DNA of 64,000 nucleotides. Origin: Eledone cirrhosa (Eukaryota). The stretch's first letter is position 1. The number at the start of each line of letters is the position of its first letter. Below the pieces are notes generated by a model. That model was not told the origin of the DNA. It saw only the letters and a program-made list of their open reading frames with translations, and did not search any database. The DNA lies in contig OZ024741.1 of assembly GCA_964016885.1 (NCBI GenBank), positions 410,874,001 to 410,938,000 of the forward strand, written 5' to 3'. Position numbers and translations under genes: made by a program. Shown here piece after piece: positions 31,801 through 43,200 of the stretch.

Positions 31801-34800
31801 GTGTTATACGTATGTCCTACTCTTATATTATATGCTTCTATATCCTCTGTGTTACACGTATGTCGTACTGTTATATTATATTGTTCTATATCCTCTGTTA
31901 TACCTATGTCCTACTGTTATATTATATTGTTCTATATCCTCTGTTATACCTATGTCCTACTGTTATAATATGTTGTTCTATATCCTCTGTGTTATACGTA
32001 TGCCTACTGTTATATTATATTGTTCTATATCCCCTGTGTTATACCTATGTCCTACTGTTATATAATATTGTCCTATATCCTCTGTTTTATACGTATGTCC
32101 TACTGTTATATTAAATTGTTCTATATCCTCTGTCTTATACGTATGTCCTACTGTTATATTACATTGTTCGTTATCCTCTGTGTTATACGTATGTCCTACC
32201 GTTATATTATATTGTTCGATATCCTCTGTGTTATGCCTATGTACTACTGTTATATTATATTGTTCTATATCCTGTTATACGTATGTCCTACTGTTATATT
32301 ATATTGTTCTATATCCTCTGTGTTATACGTATCTCCTACTGTTATATTATATTGTTCTATATCCAATGCTATACCTATGTCCTACTGTTATATTATATTG
32401 TTCTATATCCTCTGTGTTATACGTATGTCCTTCTGTTATATTATATTGTTCTATATCCTCTGTGTTATACGTATGTCCTACTGTTATATAATATTATCGT
32501 ATATCCTCTGTTTTATACGTATGTCCTACTGTTATGTTAAATTGTTCTATATCCTCTGTGTTATACCTATGTCCTACTGTTATATTATATTGTTCTATAT
32601 CATGTGTTATACGTATGTCCTACCGTTATATTATATTGTCCTATATCCTGTTTTATACGTGTGTCCACTGTTATATTAAACTGTTCTATATCATCTGTGC
32701 TATACCTATCTTCTACTGATATATTATACTCTTCTATAACCTCTGTGTTATTCGTATGTCCTACTGTTATATTATATTGTTCGATATCCTCTGTTATACC
32801 TATGACCTACTGTTATATTATATTGTTCTATATCCACTGTTATACCTATGTCCTACTGTTATATTATATTGTTCTATATCCTCTGTGTCATACGCATGTC
32901 TTACTGTTATATTATATTGTTCTATATCCTCTGTGTTATACCTATGTCCTACTCTTATATTATGTTTCTATATCCTCTGTGTTATACGTATGTCCTACTG
33001 TTATATTAAATTGTTCTATATCCTCTGTGTTATACGTATGTCCTACTGTTATATTACATTATCTTTATCCTCTGTGTTATACGTATGTCCTACCATTATA
33101 TTATATTGTCCTATATCCTGTTTTATACGCATGTCTTACTGTTATATTATATTGTTCTATATCCTCTGTGTTATACCTATGTGCTACTGTTATATTATAT
33201 CGTTGTATATCCTCTGTGTTATACGTATGTCCTACTCTTATATTATATGTTAGTATATCCTCTGTGTTATACCTATGACATACAGTTTTATTATATTATT
33301 TTCTATCCTGTTTTATACCTATATCCTACTGTTATATTACATTATTCTATATCCTGTGTTATACGTATGTCCTACTGTTATATTATATTGTTCTATATCC
33401 TTTGTTATAACTATGTCCTACTGTTATATTATATTGTTCTATATCCTCTGTGTTATACGCATGTCTTACTGTTATATTATATTGTTCTATATCCTCTGTT
33501 ATACCTATGTCCTACTGTTATATTATATTGTTCTATATCCTCTGTGTTATACGTATCTCCTACTGTTATATTATATTGTTGTATATCCTCTGTTATACGT
33601 ATGTCCTACTGTTATATTATATTGTTCTATATCCTGTGTTATACGTATGTCCTTCTGTTATATTATATTGTTCTATATCCTCTCTGTTATACATATGTCC
33701 TACTGTTATATTATATTGTTCGATATCCTCTGTTATACCTATGACCTACTGTTATATTATATTGTTCTATATCATCTGTTATACCTATGTCCTACTGTTA
33801 TATTATATTGTTCTATATCCTCTGTGTCATACGCATGTCTTACTGTTATATTATATTGTTCTATATCCTCTGTGTTATACCTATGTCCTACTCTTATATT
33901 ATGTTTCTATATCCTCTGTGTTATACGTATGTCCTACTGTTATATTAAATTGTTCTATATCCTCTGTGTTATACGTATGTCCTACTGTTATCTTACATTA
34001 TCTTTATCCTCTGTGTTATACGTATGTCCTACCGTTATATTATATTGTCCTATATCCTGTTTTATACGCATGTCTTACTGTTATATTATATTGTTCTATA
34101 TCCTCTGTGTTATACCTATGTGCTACTGTTATATTATATCGTTGTATATCCTCTGTGTTATACGTATGTCCTACTCTTATATTATATGTTAGTATATCCT
34201 CTGTGTTATACCTATGTCATACAGTTTTATTATATTATTTTCTATCCTCTGTTTTATACCTATATCCTACTGTTATATTACATTATTCTATATCCTCTGT
34301 GTTATACGTATGTCCTACTGTTATATTATATTGTTCTATATCTTCTGTGTTATACCTATGTCCTACTGTTATATTATATTGTTCTATATCCTTTGTTATA
34401 ACTATGTCCTACTGCTATATTATATTGTTCTATATCCTCTGTGTTATACGCATGTCTTACTGTTATATTATATTGTTCTATATCCTCTGTGTTATACGTT
34501 TGTCCTACTGTTATATTATATTGTTCTATATCCTGTGTGTTATACGTATGTCCTACTGTTATATTATATTGTTCTATATCCTCTGTGTTATACGTATGTC
34601 CTACTGTTATATTATATTGTTCTATATCCTCTGTGTTATACGTATGTCCTTCTGTTATATTATATTGTTCTATATCCTCTCTGTTATACGTATGTCCTTC
34701 TGTTATATTATATTGTTCTATATCCTCTGTTATGCGTATGTCCTACTGTTATATTATATTGTCCTATATCCTGTTTTATACGTATGTCCTACTGTTATAT

Positions 34801-36150
34801 TAAATTGTTCTATATCCTCTGTGTTATACCTATGTTCTACTGTTATATTATACTCTTCTATATCCTCTGTGTTATACGTATGTCCTACTGTTATATTATA
34901 TCGTTGTATATCCTCTGTGTTATACGTATGTCCTACTCTTATATTATATGCTTCTATATCCTCTGTGTTACACGTATGTCCTACTGTTATATTATATTGT
35001 TCTATATCCTCTGTTATACCTATGTCCTACTGTTATATTATATTGTTCTATATCCTCTGTTATACCTATGTCCTACTGTTATAATATGTTGTTCTATATC
35101 CTCTGTGTTATACGTATGCCTACTGTTATATTATATTGTTCTATATCCCCTGTGTTATACCTATGTCCTACTGTTATATAATATTGTCCTATATCCTCTG
35201 TTTTATACGTATGTCCTACTGTTATATTAAATTGTTCTATATCCTCTGTCTTATACGTATGTCCTACTGTTATATTACATTGTTCGTTATCCTCTGTGTT
35301 ATACGTATGTCCTACCGTTATATTATATTGTTCGATATCCTCTGTGTTATGCCTATGTACTACTGTTATATTATATTGTTCTATATCCTGTTATACGTAT
35401 GTCCTACTGTTATATTATATTGTTCTATATCCTCTGTGTTATACGTATCTCCTACTGTTATATTATATTGTTCTATATCCAATGCTATACCTATGTCCTA
35501 CTGTTATATTATATTGTTCTATATCCTCTGTGTTATACGTATGTCCTTCTGTTATATTATATTGTTCTATATCCTCTGTGTTATACGTATGTCCTACTGT
35601 TATATAATATTATCCTATATCCTCTGTTTTATACGTATGTCCTACTGTTATGTTAAATTGTTCTATATCCTCTGTGTTATACCTATGTCCTACTGTTATA
35701 TTATACTGTTCTATATCATGTGTTATACGTATGTCCTACCGTTATATTATATTGTCCTATATCCTGTTTTATACGCGTGTCCACTGTTATATTAAACTGT
35801 TCTATATCCTCTGTGCTATACCTATCTTCTACTGATATATTATACTCTTCTATAACATCTGTGTTATTCGTATGTCCTACTGTTATATTATATTGTTCGA
35901 TATCCTCTGTTATACCTATGACCTACTGTTATATTATATTGTTCTATATCCACTGTTATACCTATGTCCTACTGTTATATTATATTGTTCTATATCCTCT
36001 GTGTCATACGCATGTCTTACTGTTATATTATATTGTTCTATATCCTCTGTGTTATACCTATGTCCTACTCTTATATTATGTTTCTATATCCTCTGTGTTA
36101 TACGTATGTCCTACTGTTATATTAAATTGTTCTATATCCTCTGTGTTATA
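25900..36150. repeat. Higher-order repeat in array A with a 6239-bp period made of 3116 + 3123-bp subunits
   Basis: Equivalent ORF starts at 26295, 29411, 32534, 35650 (spacings 3116, 3123, 3116). Pairs 27785/34024 and 28897/35136 are at +6239. Confidence 0.88.
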
Positions 36151-39100
36151 CGTATGTCCTACTGTTATATTATATCGTTGTATATTCTCTGTGTTATACG
36201 TATGTCCTACTCTTATATTATATGTTTCTATATCCTCTGTGTTATACCTATGTCCTACTGTTATAATATATTGTTCTATATCCTCTGTGTTATACGTATG
36301 CCTACTGTTATATTATATTGTTCTATATCCTCTGTGTTATTCGTATGTCCTACTGTTATATTATATCGTTGTATATCCTGTGTTATACGTATGTCCTACT
36401 CTTATATTATATGTTTCTATATCCTCTGTGTTATACCTATGTCATACTGTTTTATTATATTATTTTCTATCCTCTCTTTTATACCTATGTCCTACTGTTA
36501 TATTTTGTTCTATATCCTATGTGTTATACGTATTTCCTACTGTTATATTATATTGTTCTATATCCTCTGTCCTACTGTTATATTATATTGTTCTATATCC
36601 TCTGTGTTATACCTATATCCTACTGTTATATTATATTGTTCTATATCCTCTGTGTTATACGTATGTCCTACTGTTATAATTTTGTCCTATAACCTCTGTT
36701 TTATACGTATGTCGTACTGTTATATTAAATTGTTCTATATCCTCTGTGTTATACCTATGTCCTACAGTTATATTATACTGTTCTCTATCCTCTGTGTTAT
36801 TCGTATGTCCTACTGTTATATTATATCGTTCTATATTATCTGTTATACGTATGTACTACTGTTATATTATATTGTTCTATGTCCTACTGTTATATTATAT
36901 TGTTCTATATCCTATGTGTTATACGTATGTACTACTGTTATATTATATTGTTCTATATCCTCTGTTATACCTATGTCCTACTGTTATATTATATTGTTCT
37001 ATATCCTCTGTTATACGTATGTCCTAATGTATTATATTATTCTATATCCTCTGTTATACGTATCTCCTACTGTTATATTATATCGTTCTATATCCTCTGT
37101 TATACCTATGTCCTACTGTTATATTATATTGTTCTATATCCTCTGTGTTATACGTATGTCCTACTGTTATATTATATTGTTCTATATCCTCTGTGTTTTA
37201 CCTATGTCCTACTGTTATATTATACTGTTCTATATCCTCTGTGTTATTCGTATCTCCTACTGTTATATTATATTGTTCTATATCCTCTGTGTTATACGTA
37301 TGTCCTACTGTTATATTATATTGTTCTTTATCCTCTGTGTTATACGTATGTCCTACTGTTATATTATATTGTTCTATATCCTCTGTTATACCTATATCCT
37401 ACTGTTATATTATATTGTTCTATATCCTCTGTTTTATACCTATATCCTACTGTTATATTATATTGTTCTATATCCTCTGTTTTATACGTATGTCCTACTG
37501 TTATATTAAATTGTTCTATATCCTCTGTGTTATACGTATGTCCTACCGTTATATTATATTGTCCTATATCCTGTTTTATACGTATGTCGTACTGTTATAT
37601 TAAATTGTTCTATATACTCTGTGTTATACCTATCTTCTACTGTTATATTATACTCTTCTATTTCTTCTGTGTTATTCGTATGTCCTACTGTTATATTATA
37701 TCGTTGTATATCCTCTGTGTTATACGTATGTCCTACTCTTATATTATATGTTTCTATATCCTCTGTGTTATACCTATGTCATACTGTTTTATTATATTAT
37801 TTTCTATCCTCTGTTTTATACCTATGTCCTACTGTTATATTATATTATTCTATATCCTCTGTGTTATACGTATGTACTACTGTTATATTATATTGTTCTA
37901 TATCCTCTGTTATACGTATGTCCTACTGTTATATTACATTGTTCTATATCCTCTGTGTTATACCTGTCCTACTCTTATATTATGTTTCTATATCCTCTGT
38001 GTTATACGTATGTCCTACTGTTATATTATATTGTTCTATATCCTCTGTGTTATACGTATCTCCTACTGTTATATTATATTGCTCTATATCCTCTGTGTTA
38101 TACGTATGTCCTACTGTTATATTATATTGTTCTATATCCTCCCTGTTATACGTATGTCCTACTGTTATATTATATTGTTCTATATCCTCTGTTATACCTA
38201 TATCCTACTGTTATATATTGTTCTATATCCTCTGTGTTATACGTATCTCCTACTGTTATATGATATTGTTCTATATCCTCTGTTATACGTATGTCCTACT
38301 GTTATATTATATTGTTCTATATCCTGTGTTATACATATCTCCTACTGTTATATTATATTGTTCTATATCCTCTGTTATACGTATGTCCTACTGTTATATT
38401 ATATCGTTGTATATCCTCTGTGTTATACGTATGTCCTACTGTTATATTATATTGTTCTACATCCTCTGTGTTATACCTATATCCTACCGTTACATTATAT
38501 TGTTCTATATCCTCTGTTATACGTATGTCCTACTGTTATATTATATTGTTCTATATCCTGTGTTATACGTATATCCCACCGTTATATTATATTGTTCTAT
38601 ATCCTCTGTGTTATACCTATATCCTACCGTTATATTATATTGTTCTATATCCTCTGTGTTATACCTATATCCTACTGTTATATTATATTGTTCTATATCC
38701 TCTGTGTTATACCTATGTGCTACTGTTATATGATATTGTTCTATATCCTCTGTTATACGTATGTCCTACTGTTATATTATATTGTTCTATATCCTGTGTT
38801 ATACGTATATCCCACCGTTATATTATATTGTTCTATATCCTCTGTGTTATAGCTATATCCTACCGTTATATTATATTGTTCTATATCCTCTGTGTTATAC
38901 CTATATCCTACTGTTATATTATATTGTTCTATATCCTCTGTGTTATACCTATGTGCTACTGTTATATGATATTGTTCTATATCCTCTGTGTTATACGTAT
39001 GTCCTACTGTTATATTATATTGTTCTATATCCTCTGTTATACCTATGTCCTACTGTTATATTATATTGTTCTATATCCTCTGTGTTATACCTATGTCCTA

Positions 39101-39245
39101 CTGTTATATTATATTGTTCTATATCCTCTGTTATACCTATGTCCTACTGTTATATTATATTGTTCTATATCCCCTGTGTTATACATATGTCCTACTGTTA
39201 TATTATATTGTTCTATATCCTCTGTGTTATACGTATGTCCTACTG

Positions 39246-39743
39246 GTTATCTGGTTCTTACTGCTGAATCCGTGGAAGAACTAGAGTACGAATTCTGACT
39301 AGAAAATGGACAGTGACTCAGAAGGAGTGAGAGGGAACTAAAGTGTTAATAAGGAGGAACGAAGACAAAACCCTAATCCCAGCCGGGAAGTGGCCATGTT
39401 CAATATACAGAACAGTGGTAGGCAGAAACTCTATATAAGCAATGTAAATCTTGGGCACACGGTATAGCAGGCAGACTAACAGGAAAGCAAAACTTTGTAT
39501 AAAATATATTTACAGGGATAATTTGTAATAAGAGTGTCAGTGATATACACCTTTTCTAATCCCAGGTAGGATCCATAGAAGTGGTTGATAGCTTCTACTA
39601 CATAGGTGACCTAATTAGCAGTGGAGGTGAATGTTTCAGGAACATAGTAGCTAAAATAAGGGCAGGATGGAAGAAGTTTAAAAGAACTACTAACTCTCTT
39701 GACAAAAGGCTTCTCCCTACAAATGAAAGGCCAATTGTATGAT
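39246..39743 (+). mobile_element. Degenerate RTE-like non-LTR retrotransposon (LINE) reverse transcriptase fragment, from just after the catalytic YADD motif into the thumb region
   Basis: Manual translation across frameshifts and stops: GYLVLTAESVEELEYEF* / *KMDSDSEGVRGN / TKVLIRRNEDKTLIPAGKWPCSIYRTVVGRNSI* / QCKSWAHGIAGRLTGKQNFV*...SQVGSIEVVDSFYYIGDLISSGGECFRNIVAKIRAGWKKFK / ELLTLLTKGFSLQMKGQLYD. This follows the RTE-type order DDLVLxAES..L, GLxVNxxKTKV, EVVDSFxYLG, RIxxGWxKFRELLPLL..KGxLY. Confidence 0.88.
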
Positions 39744-39798
39744 ATCCAAAAGGAAGAAGAAAATAAATGTGAGTGAGAACATGTCTCTATAAACTGAG

Positions 39799-39826
39799 AA
39801 GTGGTTTCCAACCTGAGACTCCATAG
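39799..39826 (+). mobile_element. Possible decayed hAT/Charlie-like terminal inverted repeat remnant
   Basis: AAGTGGTTTCCAACCTGAGACTCCAT resembles the CAGTGGTTCCCAACCTGGGGTCC type of hAT terminus. Short match; no partner end seen. Confidence 0.25.
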
Positions 39827-39828
39827 AA

Positions 39829-39865
39829 TACTGTATATGCTCGAATATAAGCCTACCTCTATTTT
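39829..39865 (+). mobile_element. Possible Tc1/mariner (Tc2/pogo-like) DNA transposon terminus remnant
   Basis: TA followed by CTGTATATGCTCGAATATAAGCC resembles TA|CCGTATATACTCGAxTATAAGCC termini with a TA target site. It is cut off by the SINE tail, and no second TIR is seen. Confidence 0.4.
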
Positions 39866-40058
39866 ATAATAATAATAATTGTTTCTACATTTGGCACAAG
39901 GCCAGCAATTACCGGTACATTACTGGTACTTTATTTTATCGACCTCCTAAGGATCAAAGGCAAAGTTAATCTCGGCGGGATTTGACGTCAGTCTGTCAAG
40001 GGACGTAACTATGCTGGAAAGCATGGCATTCGATTCTCTATCGATACTGCCAAGCCAC
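39866..40058 (-). mobile_element. tRNA-derived SINE with a Nin/Deu-like central domain, resembling octopus-type SINEs; degenerate and apparently internally deleted
   Basis: Minus strand reads TGGCAGTATCGATAG (A-box-like) ... GACGTCAAATCCCGCC (degenerate B-box) GAGATTAACTTTGCCTTTGATCCTTAGGAGGTCGATAAAATAAAGTACCAGT (Nin-domain-like) ... AATTGCTGGCCTTGTGCCAAATGTAGAAAC, then an (ATT)n tail at 39866-39880. Confidence 0.8.
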
Positions 40059-40278
40059 AATGAAATGAAATTATTGTGTACAGTGCTCAAGTAGTAGAGT
40101 AAATAGAATAATGTTCAAATGTCAGGAAAATGAACAGTGTATGAGTCATGAAATACATGTGTGCGTGTGTATGGAGGGGAATACAGCTGGTGTAGTGTTT
40201 GCGAATCTCAGGAAGCATGGAGGTTTTAAAGGATGCAGTGTCTCGACAGCTAACAACTGATGCAGGTAGTTTGTTCCA
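40059..40278 (-). mobile_element. 3' end of a CR1/L2-like LINE: ORF2 C-terminus, 3' UTR and short simple-repeat tail
   Basis: Minus-strand frame from 40278 gives WNKLPASVVSCRDTASFKTSMLPEIRKHYT, matching the WNxLPxxVV(x5-6)FK motif that ends CR1/L2-group ORF2. About 120 bp of AT-rich UTR-like sequence follows, ending ...CACAATAATTTCATTTCATT. Confidence 0.8.
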
Positions 40279-43200
40279 TGGAGGTTTTAAAGTAAGCAGT
40301 GTCTCGACAGCTAACAACTGATGCAGGTAGTTTGTTCCATGGAGGTTTTAAAGGATGCAGTGTCTCGACAGCTAACAACTGATGCAGGTAGTTTGTTCCA
40401 TAGAGGTTTTAAAGGATGCAGTGTCTCGGCAGCTAACAACTGATGCAGGTAGTTTGTTCCATAGAGGTTTTAAAGGATGCAGTGTCTCGACAGCTAACAA
40501 CTGATGCAGGTAGTTTGTTCCATGGAGGTTTTAAAGGAGGCAGTGTCTCGGCAGCTAACAACTGATGCAGGTAGTTTGTTCCATGGAGGTTTTAAAGGAT
40601 GCAGTGTCTTGACAGCTATCAACTGATGCAGGTAGTTTGTTCCATGGAGGTTTTAAAGGATGCAGTGTCTCGACAGCTAACAACTGATGCAGGTACTTTG
40701 TTCCATGGAGGTTTTAAAGGAGGCAGTGTCTCTGCAGCTAATAACTGATGCAGGTAGCTTGTTCCATGGAGGTTTTAAAGGAGGCAGTGTCTCGGCAACT
40801 AACAACTGATGCAGGTAGTTTGTTCCATGGAGGTTTTAAAGGATGCAGTGTCTCGACAGCTAACAACTGATGCAGGGTGTTTGATCCATGGAGGTTTTAA
40901 TGGATGCAGTGTCTCGGCAGCTAACAACTGATGCAGGTAGTTTGTTCCATGGAGGTTTTAAAGTAAGCAGTGTCTCGACAGCTAACAACTGATGCAGGTA
41001 GTTTGTTCCATGGAGGTTTTAAAGGATGCAGTGTCTTAACAGCTAATAACTGATGCAGGTAGTTTGTTCCATGGAGGTTTTAAGGGATGCAGTGTCTTGA
41101 CAGCTAATAACTGATGCAGGTAGTTTGTTCCATGGAGGTTTTAAAGGATGCAGTGTCTCGACAGCTAACAACTGATGCAGGTAGTTTGTTCCATGGAGGT
41201 TTTAAAAGATGCAGTGTCTCGACAGCTAACAACTGATGCAGGTAGTTTGTTCCATGGAGGTTTTAAAGGATGCAGTGTCTCGACAGCTAACAACTGATGC
41301 AGGTAGTTTGTTCCATGGAGGTTTTAAAGGATGCAGTGTCTTGACAGCTAATAACTGATGCAGGTAGTTTGTTCCATGGAGGTTTTAAAGGATGTAGTGT
41401 CTCAACAGCTAACAACTGACGCAGGTAGTTTGTTCCATGGATGTTTTAAAGGATGCAGTGTCTCGACAGCTAACAAGTGATGCAGGTAGATTGTTCCATG
41501 GAGGTTTAAAAGGATGCAGTGTCTCGACAGCTAACAACTGATGCAGGTACTTTGTTCCATGGAGGTTTTAAAGGAGGCAGTGTCTCTGCAGCTAATAACT
41601 GATGCAGGTAGCTTGTTCCATGGAGGTTTTAAAGGAGGCAGTGTCTCGGCAACTAACAACTGATGCAGGTAGTTTGTTCCATGGAGGTTTTAAAGGATGC
41701 AGTGTCTCGACAGCTAACAACTGATGCAGGGTGTTTGATCCATGGAGGTTTTAATGGATGCAGTGTCTCGGCAGCTAACAACTGATGCACGTAGTTTGTT
41801 CCATGGAGGTTTTAAAGTAAGCAGTGTCTCGACAGCTAACAACTGATGCAGGTAGTTTGTTCCATGGAGGTTTTAAAGGATGCAGTGTCTTAACAGCTAA
41901 TAACTGATGCAGGTAGTTTGTTCCATGGAGGTTTTAAGGGATGCAGTGTCTTGACAGCTAATAACTGATGCAGGTAGTTTGTTCCATGGAGGTTTTAAAG
42001 GATGCAGTGTCTCGACAGCTAACAACTGATGCAGGTAGTTTGTTCCATGGAGGTTTTAAAAGATGCAGTGTCTCGACAGCTAACAACTGATGCAGGTAGT
42101 TTGTTCCATGGAGGTTTTAAAGGATGCAGTGTCTCGACAGCTAACAACTGATGCAGGTAGTTTGTTCCATGGAGGTTTTAAAGGATGCAGTGTCTTGACA
42201 GCTAATAACTGATGCAGGTTGTTTGTTCCATGGAGGTTTTAAAGGATGTAGTGTCTCAACAGCTAACAACTGACGCAGGTAGTTTGTTCCATGGATGTTT
42301 TAAAGGATGCAGTGTCTCGACAGCTAACAAGTGATGCAGGTAGATTGTTCCATGGAGGTTTTAAAGGATGCAGTGTCTTGACAGCTAATAACTGATACAG
42401 GTAGTTTGTTCCATGGAGGTTTTAAAGAATGCAGTGTCTCGACAGCTAACAACTGATGCAGGTAGTTTGTTCCATGGAGGTTTTAAAGGATGCAGTGTCT
42501 CGACAGCTAATAAATGATGCAGGTAGTTTGTTCCATGGAGGTTTTAAAGGATGCAGTATCTCGGCAGCTAACAACTGATGCAGGTAGTTTGTTCGGTGGA
42601 GGTTTTAAAGGAGGCAGTGTCTCGACAGCTAACAACTGATGCAGGTAGTTTGTTCGGTGGAGGTTTTAAAGGAGGCAGTGTCTCGGCAACTAACAACTGA
42701 TGCAGGTAGTTTGTTCCATGGAGGTTTTAAAGGATGTAGTGTCTCGACAGCTAACAACTGACGCAGGTAGTTTGTTCCATGGATGTTTTAAAGGATGCAG
42801 TGTCTCGACAGCTAACAACTGATGCAGGTAGTTTGTTCCATGGAGGTTTTAAAGGAGGCAGTGTCTTGACAGCTAATAACTGGTGTAGGTAGTTTGTTCC
42901 ATGGAGGTTTTAAGGGATGCAGTGTCTTGACAGCTAATAACTGATGCAGGTAGTTTGTTCCATGGAGGTTTTAAAGAATGCAGTGTCTCGACAGCTAACA
43001 ACTGATGCAGGTAGTTTGTTCCATGGAGGTTTTAAAGGATGCAGTGTCTCGACAGCTAATAACTGATGCAGCTAGTTTGTTCCATGGAGGTTTTAAGGGA
43101 TGCAGTGTCTTGACAGCTAATAACTGATGCAGGTAGTTTGTTCCATGGAGGTTTTAAAGGATGCAGTGTCTCGACAGCTAACAACTGATGCAGGTAGTTT

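Larger units (their letters stand above)
1..39245. repeat. Satellite array A, 48-bp monomer with 44-47-bp variants, roughly 830 copies, truncated by the window start
   Basis: Continuous head-to-tail copies of TCTATATCCTCTGTGTTATACGTATGTCCTACTGTTATATTATATTGT from base 1 to ...GTATGTCCTACTG at ~39245. Consensus composition is T24 A10 C8 G6 (29% GC). Copy number estimated as length divided by ~47 bp. Confidence 0.99.

Noticed and set aside
13-39298. More than 200 long Cys/Tyr/Ile/Leu-rich ORFs, up to 877 aa, that look like membrane proteins
   Set aside because: They overlap in all three + frames and are translations of the stop-free 48-bp satellite, switching frame at 46/47-bp monomers. There is no evidence of gene structure.
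39611-39811. 66-aa minus-strand ORF (METTSQF...)
   Set aside because: It is antisense to the RTE RT remnant, and the recognisable motifs are on the + strand.
39970-40056. tRNA gene suggested by A/B-box-like motifs on the - strand
   Set aside because: The B-box is degenerate, no cloverleaf is evident, and the sequence continues into a SINE body and tail.
40252-40275. Imperfect hairpin AACAACT-GATGCAGGT-AGTTTGTT in each 61-mer
   Set aside because: The stem is short, AT-rich and bulged, which is compatible with chance, and the common AATAAC variant disrupts it without compensation.
40087-40317. 76-aa minus-strand ORF as a gene
   Set aside because: It is a chimera of out-of-frame satellite, the LINE ORF2 C-terminus and probable 3' UTR read-through; it is reported as a LINE remnant instead.
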